Assembly (NCBI GenBank): GCA_965205485.1
Contig: OZ242180.1
Coordinates: 1,920,001 to 1,984,000, forward strand
Source of the DNA: Candidatus Latescibacterota bacterium
GTDB lineage: Bacteria > Latescibacterota > UBA2968 > GCA-2709665
Length of the DNA: 64,000 bases
Direction: 5' to 3'
Within the stretch, counting starts at the first letter, position 1. Each line of letters opens with the position of its first letter. The notes beneath the pieces are model-generated. The model saw nothing but the letters and a program-made list of their open reading frames with translations. It did no database searches and was not told the origin of the DNA. Shown here piece after piece: positions 39,565 through 50,569 of the stretch. The position numbers and the translations under genes are program-made.

Positions 39565-40749
39565 TTACACCATGAGGTTTTCGAAAACCCCCGCCGCGCC
39601 CATACCACTTCCGATACACATGGTGCAGATGCCGTAGCGGACGTTGCGACGCGCCATCTCGTGCAGGAGGGTGGCCGTGAGTTTGGCGCCGGTACAACCC
39701 AGGGGATGGCCGAGCGCGATGGCCCCGCCGTTGACGTTCACGATATCCCGGTCCAGGTCGAGTCTGCCGATCACGGCGAGAGCCTGGGCCGCGAAGGCCT
39801 CGTTCAGTTCGATCAGGCCGATATCTTCAAGGGAGAGACCTGCCTGGCGCAGCGCCTTCGGCACGGCTTCGGCGGGGCCGATGCCCATGATTTCCGGCGC
39901 GACGCCGGCCACCGCGTAACCCGCGAGCCGCGCCATGGGTTCCGCCTGGAGTTCTCTGGCCGTCCGTCCGCTCATGACCACCGTCGCGGCGGCGCCGTCC
40001 GAGACCTGCGAGGCATTCCCCGCGGTGACCGTGCCGCCGGCGCGAAAGACCGGCCTGAGCCGGGCAAGCGCGGCGGCGCTGGTGTCGGCGCGAGGCCCTT
40101 CGTCCGTCCTGAACGTCTTCTCGGTGGATGTCGTCCTGCCGTTGTCGTACACCGTGTCCACCACATGGAGGGGCACGATCTCGTCATCGAATCGGCCTTC
40201 GGCGGCGGCGGCGAGCGCGCGCTGATGGGAACGCAGGGCGAAGTTGTCCTGGTCATCCCGGGAGATGCTTTCGCTTTCCACCAGGTTTTCAGCGGTGTTT
40301 CCCATGTCGATGTACAGGTCCGGGTCTTCCCTCGTGATATCCGGATCGGGCATGAAGTTGTTTCCGCCCATGGGCACCAGGCTCATGGACTCGGCGCCGC
40401 CGGCCACAATCGCGTCGGCCTGGCCCGCGGAGACTGCCTGGTGAGCCATCGCGATGGATTGAAGACCCGAAGCGCAAAACCGGTTGATGGTTACGCCGGG
40501 GACCGAATCGGGCAGGCCGGCCTTCTGTGCGACGACGCGACCCAGAACCATGCCCTGCTGCGCTTCCGGAAACGCGCAGCCCATGATCACGTCGTCGATA
40601 CGTTCGGGCTGAAGGCCATCCACGCGGGCGATCGCGCCGTTGACGGCGGCCGCGCCCATGGTTTCCGGCCGCACGTTGCGCAGGGCCCCGCGTCCGGCTT
40701 TGGCCACGGCCGTGCGTACGCTGCTCACGATGTATGTTTCGTTGTTCAT
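39565..40749 (-). CDS. Acetyl-CoA acyltransferase (thiolase)
   Basis: [41 protein letters not shown]. Confidence 0.96.
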   Translation of the reverse strand: MNNETYIVSSVRTAVAKAGRGALRNVRPETMGAAAVNGAIARVDGLQPERIDDVIMGCAFPEAQQGMVLGRVVAQKAGLPDSVPGVTINRFCASGLQSIAMAHQAVSAGQADAIVAGGAESMSLVPMGGNNFMPDPDITREDPDLYIDMGNTAENLVESESISRDDQDNFALRSHQRALAAAAEGRFDDEIVPLHVVDTVYDNGRTTSTEKTFRTDEGPRADTSAAALARLRPVFRAGGTVTAGNASQVSDGAAATVVMSGRTARELQAEPMARLAGYAVAGVAPEIMGIGPAEAVPKALRQAGLSLEDIGLIELNEAFAAQALAVIGRLDLDRDIVNVNGGAIALGHPLGCTGAKLTATLLHEMARRNVRYGICTMCIGSGMGAAGVFENLMV

Positions 40750-40892
40750 GGCGGGCTGCACCTCTCGCGTCCGGTGACACGAAGTGTCCTGATAATCCTG
40801 AGTCAAATCGCCTTGATTAACTTGCATATATACGAATTATTACGGGGAACCACGCGATAGTTTACCTCTCATTCACATCATTGACCGCGTAC

Positions 40893-40983
40893 CCCGAGCC
40901 GCTCCCTGAGCCTGTCGAAGGGTCGGCGAAGGGTAGGCGAAGGAAAAAGGGTGCCGAAACGCGGGCGCTTCGACAAGCTCAGC
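40893..40983. repeat. REP-like inverted pair
   Basis: CCCTGAGCCTGTCGAAGGG ... CTTCGACAAGCTCAGC. Confidence 0.7.
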
Positions 40984-41084
40984 GTCCACGTTTGGGCACG
41001 TTCCTTTCCACTGTAGCAGGCGCAATAGATGTCAACTATTTACGGCTCCCGGTAATAACATTCCTGAAAAACGATGAATCACGG

Positions 41085-43439
41085 TCAGTTTCGCAGGGGT
41101 CTGTTGGTTCGCAGAATACTGTGGATCCGTTCCCGGGTCTTTGCTTCGCCGGTAAGGGCGACAAAGACTTCGCGCTCCAGTTCGAGAAGGTAGTCCTCGT
41201 GTACGTTGGCCGGGCCCGTAAGGTCTCCGCCGGTCAGCACATAGGCGAACCGGTTGGCCAGAAAGCGGTCGTATTCGCTGATGAATCCCGACTGGAGCAT
41301 ATTCCAGGTTGTCACCTCGAACCGCGCGCGGGCCGGTTGTCCGAGGACCCTGATGGCATTGCGGACCGGGGGCGCCGCGTACCCCTGGCCGGAAAGGCGC
41401 AGGACCTCCTGGCGCGCGGCCTGGAGCCGGTGGTCCTCGTTCATGACAATGGGCGAACCGGGCGGCAGAAACCCGTACTCGCGCGCCTGCCAGGCGCTGT
41501 TGGACACCTTCGCCATGGCCACCGTTTCGAAGGCCCTCGTCAGAAACGGCTGGATGTGGCTGTCGTGCTCGGAAGGTGCGCGCTCGTGCGAAATCGCCGC
41601 CATCCGCATGGTGCCGCACCCCCCGGGAATGAGTCCAACGGCGAGTTCCACAAGACCGATGTAGGACTCCGCCGCGGCCACCGGGCTGGCGCAGGCCAGC
41701 GTGAGTTCGCAACCGCCGCCCAGCACGCGGCCGTGGGTGGCAACGACGACGGGTTTGGCGGCGTAGTGGACACGCTGTATCATCCCTTGAAAATTGACCA
41801 GGAGTCGGTCCATCCGGTCGAATCGATTCTGTTCTGCGTGCGCGACCATCTCTCCCAGATTCGCGCCAACGGAGAAGTTTTTTCCCCTGTTGCAGATGAC
41901 CATTCCCCGGTAATTCCCCGCTTCGACGATGTCGACCGCTTCGACGAGGCCGCGTACGAGCGATTCTCCCATGGAATTCGCCTTCGAACGGTATTCGAAG
42001 AGGGCGATATCCTCGCCCAGGTCCAGCAGGGCGGCTTCCTCGTTCTCCCAGCGGACGTGCTGTTTCTCCGGGCGAATCGCGGGCATGGCGGATTCATCCG
42101 TCGTTCCGGAATCCGGCGCGTATCCGCGGCCGGGCAGATAGACCCGTGAGCGGTCGCGGAATCCCTTTGCCCCCGCCCCGGACATGGTTTCGACCCAGTC
42201 CGGCAGGGGGATGTTTTCGGCCGCCATGGCATCGAGGACGGTATCGAACCCGATGGTATCCCACATTTCAAAGGGTCCGGCCTCCCAGCCGAATCCCCAG
42301 CGAAGGGCCCGGTCTATGTCTGCCGGGTTCGCCGTGATCTCGGGAATGCGGCGCGCGGCGTAACCCAGCGTTTCCAGGAGATGCCCCCGGAAGAAATCGC
42401 CCGCCCGCCCGTCATGCGCGTAAAGGTCGCGCAGGCGCCGGGAGAGTTCCCGCTGCTTGCGTACGGGTTCGAGATCGCCCAGTCGCTGTTCCCGCGGAGG
42501 TTCCCACGCGCGGGTAGCCGGATTGAACGAAAGGATGTCCCGGCCTTCTTTTCTGTAGAAGCCTCTGCCCGCCTTGGCGCCGGTGGCCCCGTCTTCGACG
42601 AGATGGGTCAGCGCTCCGGGAACCTGGAACCGGTCGCGGCTTTCATCCTCCGGCAGGGCATCGTACAGGTATTCGGCGACGTGTACGAGGGTGTCCAGCC
42701 CGACAACGTCGGCTGTTCTGAACGTGGCCGACCTGGGGCGTCCCAGTAGCGGGCCCGTGAGGGCGTCAATTTCCTCGATCGTATATCCGCCCTCGGTAAA
42801 GGCCCGGATACACTGCATCATGGCGTATACGCCGACGCGGTTGCCGATGAAGCCCGGCGTGTCGTTTGCGACCACAATGCCCTTGCCAAGTCGTACGCGG
42901 CCGAACATGGAGATGCGTTCCATAACGGCCGGATCGGTTTCAGGAAGGGGAATGAGTTCGAGGAGCTTGAGGTAGCGCGGCGGGTTGAAGAAGTGGGTTC
43001 CCAGGAACCGGCTCCTGAAATCCGATGACCGGCCCTGAGCGATCAGGTGGATTGGAATGCCGCTGGTGTTGGTGGAGATAACGGCGCGACTGTTCGCGGC
43101 GGCTTCCACGCGCGCCATAATCTGTTGCTTGACGTCGGGCTTCTCGACGACGGCCTCGATGATCCAGTCCACATCCGAGGCGCGATCGAAGTCGTCTTCG
43201 ATGTTGCCGGGAGTAATGCGTCGGACGGTATCTTCAGTAAACAGGGGGGCCGGGCTGACGCGCTCGAGGCCTTTCATCGCGCCTTCGACAATCGCGTTTC
43301 TGTTCTTCCCGTCGCCGGGAAGGTCCAGCAGATGGACGGACAGGCCGGCGTTCGCGAGGTGGGCGGCAATCTGGGATCCCATGACGCCAGCGCCCAGAAC
43401 GGCAGCGGTGCGAAACGGGGGATGTGCTGCGCGGTGCAT
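41085..43439 (-). CDS. 3-hydroxyacyl-CoA dehydrogenase / enoyl-CoA hydratase (FadN-like)
   Basis: LGAGVMGSQIA, STNTSGI, GTHFFNPPRY, C-terminal crotonase domain FSVGANL / LGGGCE. Confidence 0.94.
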   Translation of the reverse strand: MHRAAHPPFRTAAVLGAGVMGSQIAAHLANAGLSVHLLDLPGDGKNRNAIVEGAMKGLERVSPAPLFTEDTVRRITPGNIEDDFDRASDVDWIIEAVVEKPDVKQQIMARVEAAANSRAVISTNTSGIPIHLIAQGRSSDFRSRFLGTHFFNPPRYLKLLELIPLPETDPAVMERISMFGRVRLGKGIVVANDTPGFIGNRVGVYAMMQCIRAFTEGGYTIEEIDALTGPLLGRPRSATFRTADVVGLDTLVHVAEYLYDALPEDESRDRFQVPGALTHLVEDGATGAKAGRGFYRKEGRDILSFNPATRAWEPPREQRLGDLEPVRKQRELSRRLRDLYAHDGRAGDFFRGHLLETLGYAARRIPEITANPADIDRALRWGFGWEAGPFEMWDTIGFDTVLDAMAAENIPLPDWVETMSGAGAKGFRDRSRVYLPGRGYAPDSGTTDESAMPAIRPEKQHVRWENEEAALLDLGEDIALFEYRSKANSMGESLVRGLVEAVDIVEAGNYRGMVICNRGKNFSVGANLGEMVAHAEQNRFDRMDRLLVNFQGMIQRVHYAAKPVVVATHGRVLGGGCELTLACASPVAAAESYIGLVELAVGLIPGGCGTMRMAAISHERAPSEHDSHIQPFLTRAFETVAMAKVSNSAWQAREYGFLPPGSPIVMNEDHRLQAARQEVLRLSGQGYAAPPVRNAIRVLGQPARARFEVTTWNMLQSGFISEYDRFLANRFAYVLTGGDLTGPANVHEDYLLELEREVFVALTGEAKTRERIHSILRTNRPLRN

Positions 43440-43582
43440 TCGGGCTCACCTTTCCGGACGGGTTCAGGGAGAGAGGTTTCGCGTCGCTGGAAGTCAGATC
43501 GCGGGCGGGCGTATGCCAGTCCCGAAAGGTAGTGTACAACCGTTCGCCGATCAAGAACGAAACGCATGATGCCGAACATCAG

Positions 43583-44348
43583 AAGGAGCTGTCAGCTATC
43601 AGCCGTCAGCTGTCAGCAGAAGCGAAACACGAAAGGCAAAGATCAAGAAGCAACCCCTCCACCCAGCTCGGCAGACCTCTCTCCCCGGCCCTCTCTCCCA
43701 CCGGGAGAGAGGGAGGATAAACAGGTTTCGCGTGCCGGTCAACTCTAGACACATTGATCGAAAGGCAATCGCCATCCCGGCACTTCGCAAAACCTGCACA
43801 ACCACCCATCACCGTTCCCCCTTCCTCTCAGGAAGGGGGTTAAGGGGTAGGTCTCGCCCCATCAATGTATTTCACGTCTGGCGACCGGGGGTATGGGGGG
43901 TTTTTCCGTGCTGATCCGTCCAGCGCATTTGCACTGGCACTGCTGAAGGGTTCGTAGGCCACACAAATCCCGTTTATGCCTCCGGAGTGATTCACGGAAA
44001 AACCGGCCCCCTGCCGAAGGGCGCGCTTCTTTTTGGTCCTTTTTCTTCCGCGCATAAGAAAAAGGACGTAAAAAAAAGAAAAATAATGATTTAATTAAAG
44101 AAAATGGGATCTGTCAGTCACAAAAACCATCATTTGTCTTTTTGTCAAATTATGCCTACGGCGTGTTCCTTAAATGCGGGGAGACGTAAGCCGGGAGACG
44201 TTAGAGATTTCCTGCCTTGAGAGGTTTCTTATTGTGCCGGAGGCAAAACGGAAAAAATGTCGGGCATATATGTCTTCTAACGTCTCACCTCTCCCGTCTA
44301 ACCGCATTTCATCTACCGTCTACCGTCTTCCCTCTCCCCGCCTTTAGG
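43583..44348 (+). repeat. Composite dispersed repeat, copy F (most complete)
   Basis: All modules present; core IR 43899-43910 / 43993-44004. Confidence 0.9.
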
Positions 44349-44792
44349 ATGCGTGAGCGCTTCCATCACAGGCCGGATGCCAGGCCCGTATTCGTACGTC
44401 ATCCGGCCCCCGGTATATCCGCTCAGGGCAACGAGTACCGCCGTCGCCGCCACACCCGCGAGATACAGGAAGCGAACGGATCCAGCGAACTTTTGCTTGA
44501 GGATGAGGTGGGTGCGGAGGAGGGCCAGTACGATGGCGAGCCACGTGGCGGCGGTGGAGATGGATTCGTGCTGTTCGAGCGCGGCGGCGATGCCGGGGAT
44601 CCCGGCGGCCGCGTCTTCAGCCGCGTTTCCGGTCAGCGATGCCGCAATCGCCGAAACAGCGCCAAGAACCAGGAGGAGGTATCCGGTGCGGAGAAGCTGG
44701 TCCCTGCGAAACAGAATGCCGGCGGCGTCGCAGAAGAAGCCCACAGTGAGCAGGGCGACGGGAAAGTGGACGATAAACGGATGGTAGTCCAT
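44313..44792 (-). CDS. DUF2231-like membrane protein
   Basis: HPFIVHFPVALL, ASLTG, C-terminal SGYTGGRMTYEYG. Confidence 0.85.
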   Translation of the reverse strand: MDYHPFIVHFPVALLTVGFFCDAAGILFRRDQLLRTGYLLLVLGAVSAIAASLTGNAAEDAAAGIPGIAAALEQHESISTAATWLAIVLALLRTHLILKQKFAGSVRFLYLAGVAATAVLVALSGYTGGRMTYEYGPGIRPVMEALTHPKGGEREDGRR

Positions 44793-44822
44793 AGATGGGG
44801 TTGTGAACCGGGACCCGGGCGA

Positions 44823-45611
44823 TCAGCTCCACGCGCCTTTGGCCATCATCCCGCCGTCCACGCAGACGTTTTCGCCGGTCATGAAGGACGCTTTTTCGCT
44901 GGCGAGGAAAAGCACGGCATTCGCGATGTCCTGCGGCATGCCGATCCGGCCGATGGGATGGGACCGGCCCATGCGTTCCCGATGTTCCTTCTCGTCGCCG
45001 CCCATGGCCTGAAGGGCCTCGTCGACCAGCGGTGTGTCGATGGTGCCGGGGTTGACGGCCAGCACGCGCACGTTGTCTTCCGCGTATTCCAGGGCGAGTT
45101 GCCGCGTCAGGGAGAGGATGCCGCCTTTGCTGGCGGCGTAGGCGCAGACGCCCTTGGTGGATTGCAATCCCTGGACGCTGGCCGTGTTGATGATCACGCC
45201 GCCCCCGCGTCTGATCATCTCGGGTACGCAGTGCCGGGTCATCAGGAAGGCGCTCTTGAGGTTGACGTTCAGGATGTCGTCCCACGTTTCTTCTGGCAGT
45301 TCATGGGCGGGCAGGTAGCTGCTGACGGGCTGAACGCCGACGTTGTTGCAGAGGATATCCACGCCGCCCCATTCTGAAACGGCGGTCCGCGCCAGCGCCC
45401 GGCAGGCGTCGTCCCGCGCCACGTCGGCTGCCTGAAACCGGATATGGCCGCGAAGAGAACCGTTTTCCGCCGCCAGGCCTTCCCCGGCCTCCACGTCCAC
45501 GTCGGCGCAGAGTACGCGGGCGCCCTCCCGGGCGAATGCAAGGCAGATACCCCTGCCGATGCCCTTGGCCCCGCCGGTGACGATGACCGCTTTATCCTGA
45601 AATTCCGACAT
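44823..45611 (-). CDS. SDR family oxidoreductase
   Basis: TGGAKGIG, NNVG, YAASK, NPGTIDTP, VDGG. Confidence 0.95.
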   Translation of the reverse strand: MSEFQDKAVIVTGGAKGIGRGICLAFAREGARVLCADVDVEAGEGLAAENGSLRGHIRFQAADVARDDACRALARTAVSEWGGVDILCNNVGVQPVSSYLPAHELPEETWDDILNVNLKSAFLMTRHCVPEMIRRGGGVIINTASVQGLQSTKGVCAYAASKGGILSLTRQLALEYAEDNVRVLAVNPGTIDTPLVDEALQAMGGDEKEHRERMGRSHPIGRIGMPQDIANAVLFLASEKASFMTGENVCVDGGMMAKGAWS

Positions 45612-45739
45612 GGCGCACTCCTGGTATTGTTCGGTCCGCGTAGACACAGGTGCGACAGGGACAATAAGACAAAGCGGGCGCTGGATGTCAAATGTTAGTG
45701 TTGCGTCCCGCGAACCTCTCCCCCCACGCCTCACACAGA

Positions 45740-46380
45740 GTGATCAGCTGTCAGCCATCAGCTAAAACCAAAGGCGAGAATCAAAGGCAGCTTAAGGCAA
45801 GAACGAAAAGCAAAGTCAAAAGCGACGTCTCCCCACCGCCCCGCAGACCTCTCTCCCCGGCCCTCTCTCCCAAGTGAGAGAGGGAGCAAGGCGAGGTCTC
45901 GCCCTATCAATGCATTTCACAACCGGCGACGGGGGGTACGGGGGGTTTTTCCGTGTTCGTCCGTCCCGCGCATTTGCACTGAAACTGCTGAAGGGTTGGC
46001 AGGCCGCCGGGTTGCATTGGTTCCTTTGAGGTGATTCACGGAAAAACCGGCTCCCCGCCGAGGGGCGCGGTCTTTTTGGTCCTTTTTCTTACGCGTATAA
46101 GAAAAAGGACGTAAAAAAAAGAAAAATAATGATTTATTTCAAAAAATAGAGTCATGCACCAAGCAAAATCCGGCGTTTGCTTTTTTGTTCAAAGTCATGC
46201 CTGCGGCGTGTTTCTTGAAACCGGGAAGACGTGAGACGAAAGAGAGTAGAGATCGCATGCCGTGTAAGGATTCTTCTCATACCGCAGGCTAGTCGGAGGA
46301 ACCTATTGGCAAGGGCTTCTTCTCCCGGCTAACCTCTCCAGGTCTCCCCTCCATTTCTTCTCCCGTCTCCCCGCCTTTAA
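45740..46380 (+). repeat. Composite dispersed repeat, copy G
   Basis: Core IR 45944-45955 / 46037-46048 plus flanking modules. Confidence 0.9.
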
Positions 46381-46464
46381 ATGTTTTTGCTGACAGGAAG
46401 CGGTTTTTTTGTTTACTTGTGATGGAAATCATCACTTCGCCATGTTTCTGGAAAAGGAGCAATT

Positions 46465-49239
46465 ATGGATGGGCGTCCGAAGGGATGGATCGTTCTTGGC
46501 GTGCTGGTTGGCGGGTTCTTCGGTATCAGTTTTCTGGTGTCGTACTATACGGACTGGCTCTGGTTCAGGAGCCTGGAATTCGATTCGGTTTTCTGGCGTA
46601 TCATACGCGCCCGCTTCGGATCGGGCATGTTATTCGGCGCGATCGCGGCCGTCGTGGTGGGGGTGAACCTGTGGATTGCCGGAAGGATAACCCAGCGGGC
46701 GCTGCGGGTGGACGGCGAAACCGGAGGCGTCTTGCAGTCCGGAAAAGCCCGGATTCTCATCGCCGCCGTGCTGGTATTCATCCTGGGCAACATCGGCGCC
46801 AGCCAGTGGCCGGTCCTTCTGCGGTACCTCTATGAACAGCCGTTCGGCGCCGTCGATCCGATCTTCAATAAGGAGGTGGGTTTCTATGTGTTCCTGCTTC
46901 CGTTCTACGACTTTCTGTCCGGTTATCTGATTGCGGCGCTGGTGTTGTCGGCGCTCGTGGTCGTGGTGATGTACGTAACCGCGGGCGGCATCGGGATCCG
47001 GGAGGGGCTCGAGGTGGAGGAACGCCCCATGGCCCATCTCTCGGGATTGGGCGGGGTATTCCTCCTCGCGCTGGCGTGGAAGTACCGTCTGAAGATCTAC
47101 GGCCTTCTGTATTCGCAGGGGCGTTTTTTCGGGGCCGGTTACGTGGACGTCAACGTTCAGATCTGGGCGTTCTGGGTGATGGTGATCGTCTTCCTGGCTG
47201 CGGCGGTCTTCCTGTTTCTGAACGTGAGATCGCCCAATTCCCGGCTGCCGCTCAGGGGTGTCGGAGTGCTGGTCGTCGGCACGATCGTCGTGGGGGCGGT
47301 GCCCGCCACGGTGGTGCAGAAGCTCGTGGTGGAGCCGAGCGAACTCCGCCGTGAGGGACCCTATATCAAGTACAATATCGAGGCCACCAACCGGGCATAC
47401 GGTCTGGACCGGATCGTCGAGCAGCCTTTCGAGGCCTCGGAGGACCTGACGCTGGCGGATATTCAGGCGAACCCGCTGACGATGCGAAATATCCGGATCT
47501 GGGACGAACGCCCGCTGAAGCAGACCTACCAGCAGGTGCAGGAAATCCGTCCCTATTACGTATTCCCGAACGTGGACGTGGACCGGTATACAGTGGATGG
47601 CGTATACCGGCAGGTGATGCTGTCCGCCCGGGAACTGGACACCAACCGCCTGCCGTCCCAGGCGAGGAACTGGGTCAACGAGCGTCTGCAGTACACCCAC
47701 GGATACGGGGTGACCATCAGCCCGGTCAACCACGTCACCCCGGAGGGCCTGCCGGCGTTCATGGTCAAGGATATTCCGCCGATTTCGGACCCGGGACTGG
47801 AGGTCGATCGGCCCGAGATCTACTACGGTGAAAGAACCTACGCCTACGTGGCGGTAAAGACGGGAATTCAGGAATTCGACTACCCGAAGGGCGATGAGAA
47901 CCAGTATTCGACGTATGAAGGGACAGGGGGCGTTCCCACGGGCGGCTTCATCAATCGGCTGGCGTTCGCCATACGATTCTGGGACGTAAGCCTCCTGCTG
48001 AGCGGTTACATATTGCCCGATAGCCGCATCATGTTCCGCCGGCAGATCCGGGAGCGGGTCCAGACGCTGGTTCCCTTCCTCATGTACGACACCGATCCCT
48101 ATATCGTGGCGTCCGAAGGGAGGCTCTACTGGATCCAGGATGCGTACACGATTTCCGATATGTATCCGTATTCCACGCGCTCGGGGCGCATGAGGATCAA
48201 CTATATCAGAAACTCAGTGAAGGTGGTGGTCGACGCCTACAACGGCACGGTGACGTTCTATCAGGTGGATGCGGAAGATCCGCTGGTTCGATCTTATGGC
48301 GAGATGTTCCCGGGGGTGTTCCAGCCGATGTCCGCCATGCCGGAAAAACTGAGAGCGCACGTGAGGTATCCGATCGACCTGTTTTACGCACAGGCCTCCA
48401 TGTACCGAAGCTATCACATGGAAGACGTCAACGTCTTCTTCAACCAGGAGGACCTCTGGGAGATCCCGAACGAGATTTACAGCGACCAGCCGCAGCCGAT
48501 GCTTCCTTACTACATCATTGTCAAGCTGCCGGGCGAGAGCCAGGAGGAATTCCTGCTGATGGTGCCGTTCACGCCCGCAAAGAGAGACAATATGATCGCC
48601 TGGCTCGCGGCGCGTTCCGACGGTGAAAACTACGGACACCTGCTGGTGTACAAGCTACCCAAGGACAAGCTCATCTACGGTCCGATGCAGATCGAAGCTC
48701 GGGTGGACCAGCAACCGGAGATCTCAAGCCAGCTGACGCTGTGGGGGCAGCGCGGTTCGGAGGTGATCCGCGGCAACCTGCTGGCGATTCCGGTGGAAAG
48801 TTCGTTTATCTATGTCGAACCCATCTATCTGCAGGCGAGGCAGGAGCCCGACCAGCAGGCGTATGGGCAGGAGGAGGGGATACCCGGGGGTCAGCCACCG
48901 CCGAGGCGGCAGCAGGAACGCAGTACGGCCATTCCGGAGCTGAAGCAGGTGATCGTCGCTTTCGGCGGGCAGGTGGTGATGCGGAATACGTTCGAGGAGG
49001 CGCTGACGGTCCTGTTCGGGGAGGGGGTTGGCGCCACCCTGGCGGAAGACAGGGAGGAAACGCCGGCGACTCAGGTTGCCGTTCAGGCCGGGCGTTCCGC
49101 GGCCGAACTGGCTGCGAAGGCGGATGTACACTACTCGCGCGTGCGAACGGCGCTGCAGCAGTGGGACTGGGAACAGGCGGGCAAGGAGATGAAGGCGCTG
49201 GAGGAGACGATCCGGGCGCTGAAGGAAGAGTTGAAATAG
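46465..49239 (+). CDS. UPF0182 family membrane protein
   Basis: YTDWLWF, DPIFNKEVGFYVFLLP, NIRIWD, YTHGYG, NYIRNSVK, VIRGNLL. Confidence 0.95.
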   Translation: MDGRPKGWIVLGVLVGGFFGISFLVSYYTDWLWFRSLEFDSVFWRIIRARFGSGMLFGAIAAVVVGVNLWIAGRITQRALRVDGETGGVLQSGKARILIAAVLVFILGNIGASQWPVLLRYLYEQPFGAVDPIFNKEVGFYVFLLPFYDFLSGYLIAALVLSALVVVVMYVTAGGIGIREGLEVEERPMAHLSGLGGVFLLALAWKYRLKIYGLLYSQGRFFGAGYVDVNVQIWAFWVMVIVFLAAAVFLFLNVRSPNSRLPLRGVGVLVVGTIVVGAVPATVVQKLVVEPSELRREGPYIKYNIEATNRAYGLDRIVEQPFEASEDLTLADIQANPLTMRNIRIWDERPLKQTYQQVQEIRPYYVFPNVDVDRYTVDGVYRQVMLSARELDTNRLPSQARNWVNERLQYTHGYGVTISPVNHVTPEGLPAFMVKDIPPISDPGLEVDRPEIYYGERTYAYVAVKTGIQEFDYPKGDENQYSTYEGTGGVPTGGFINRLAFAIRFWDVSLLLSGYILPDSRIMFRRQIRERVQTLVPFLMYDTDPYIVASEGRLYWIQDAYTISDMYPYSTRSGRMRINYIRNSVKVVVDAYNGTVTFYQVDAEDPLVRSYGEMFPGVFQPMSAMPEKLRAHVRYPIDLFYAQASMYRSYHMEDVNVFFNQEDLWEIPNEIYSDQPQPMLPYYIIVKLPGESQEEFLLMVPFTPAKRDNMIAWLAARSDGENYGHLLVYKLPKDKLIYGPMQIEARVDQQPEISSQLTLWGQRGSEVIRGNLLAIPVESSFIYVEPIYLQARQEPDQQAYGQEEGIPGGQPPPRRQQERSTAIPELKQVIVAFGGQVVMRNTFEEALTVLFGEGVGATLAEDREETPATQVAVQAGRSAAELAAKADVHYSRVRTALQQWDWEQAGKEMKALEETIRALKEELK

Positions 49240-49366
49240 CAACCCGATGACGCTTTTTACCTTGATTCGCGATAATTCGGGGACCTGAATGCCGAAAGTA
49301 TACACAACAACAAAGGCGAATTGACGTTAAAGGTCCCGGATACTTGATGGCACTGGATGTGAACGG

Positions 49367-49522
49367 GACCTCTCCCCCCGGCGCCCGAAGAGCAGGAAGA
49401 CGTGAGACGGAAGACGGTAGAGATGACCTGCCCTATGAGGATTCTTTTCGTGCCGAAGGCAATGAGGAGAAACTTACCGGGCATGGCTTCTTCTCCCGTC
49501 TCACCTCTACCGTCTCCCCGCA
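49367..49522 (+). repeat. Partial composite repeat (AGACGTGAGACG module)
   Basis: AGACGTGAGACGGAAG...CCTGCC...TGCCGAAGGCA...GGGCA...CCGTCTC as in copies C, E, F, G. Confidence 0.8.
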
Positions 49523-49594
49523 TTCAGGCTTTTTGTGGCCATTTTTACGTTTGTCTTTTTTCGAATTGAGGTTAAATCTGTTGAGGGTATGCGG

Positions 49595-50569
49595 ATGACG
49601 GTGAAGGTCGGTTTTATCGGCGCGGGGAATATCTCACGCGGGCATCGCCGGCATTTGAAGCGTATGGACGACGTGGCGGTTGTGGCCGTTTGCGACCTGG
49701 ATCGGGCGAAGGCGGACGAGGCCGCGGCGGAGTGGAATGCCGGCGTTTTCACGGACTACAGGACCATGTTGAACGACGTGGAACTGGATGCGGTATACGT
49801 CTGCGTTCCTCCATTCGCGCACGAGACGCAGGAAATCCTGGCCGCGGAGAAGGGGATCGCGCTTTTCGTCGAGAAACCGGTCTCCCTGCACATGGACACG
49901 GCGCGGGAGGCGGACGCGGCCATTCGGGAACACGGTGTGATTTCCTGCGTGGGCTTCCAGGGTCGCTACCTGGACATTATAGACAAAACGCGGGACCTGC
50001 TTGCGGACCGTCAGGTCGGGCTGGCAATCGGGTACTGGATGGGGGGGTTGCCGGGCGCATACTGGTGGCGGCGGAAGCATTTGTCCGGCGGGCAGGCCGT
50101 GGAGCAGACGGTTCACGTGACGGACATGGCCCGGTATCTCTTCGGCGAGGTGAAAACCGTATTCGCGGGGGGCCGTACGGGGTTGATGACGGATGTGGAG
50201 GACTACGATATCGAAGACGCGAGCGCGGCCACGCTGATTTTCGAGAACGGCACGCTGGCGACGCTTTTTTCGGCCTGTTTCCTGTCGTGCGGCCACCGCG
50301 GCGGGTTGGACATTTACACGAAGGACATGGTCATCGAATACAAAGAGCGAAAATCCATTACGGTTGTGCAGGGGGACCGTTCCGAGCATTTCGAGGTGGG
50401 TAACCCGTACTGGCAGGAAATGGACAACGCCTTTATCGAGGCGGTCCGCACCGGCGACGGATCGAAGCTGCGATGTCCGTACTCGGACGCCGTGAAGACC
50501 CAGCAGGTTGTGGTGGCGGTGAACCGGTCGCTCGAAACCGGCGAACCCGTATCGATTGCGGATGTGTAG
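49595..50569 (+). CDS. Gfo/Idh/MocA family oxidoreductase
   Basis: VGFIGAGNIS, LDAVYVCVPPFAH, FVEKPV, SGGQAVEQTVH. Confidence 0.93.
   Translation: MTVKVGFIGAGNISRGHRRHLKRMDDVAVVAVCDLDRAKADEAAAEWNAGVFTDYRTMLNDVELDAVYVCVPPFAHETQEILAAEKGIALFVEKPVSLHMDTAREADAAIREHGVISCVGFQGRYLDIIDKTRDLLADRQVGLAIGYWMGGLPGAYWWRRKHLSGGQAVEQTVHVTDMARYLFGEVKTVFAGGRTGLMTDVEDYDIEDASAATLIFENGTLATLFSACFLSCGHRGGLDIYTKDMVIEYKERKSITVVQGDRSEHFEVGNPYWQEMDNAFIEAVRTGDGSKLRCPYSDAVKTQQVVVAVNRSLETGEPVSIADV

Noticed and set aside
448..46048. CRISPR array interpretation of the constant/variable repeat
   Set aside because: Copies are dispersed, the variable parts are homologous to each other rather than unique spacers, and no cas genes are visible
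448..46048. Invertible (phase-variable) segment between the 12-bp IRs
   Set aside because: All seven interiors have the same orientation and no recombinase is nearby; not excluded without reads
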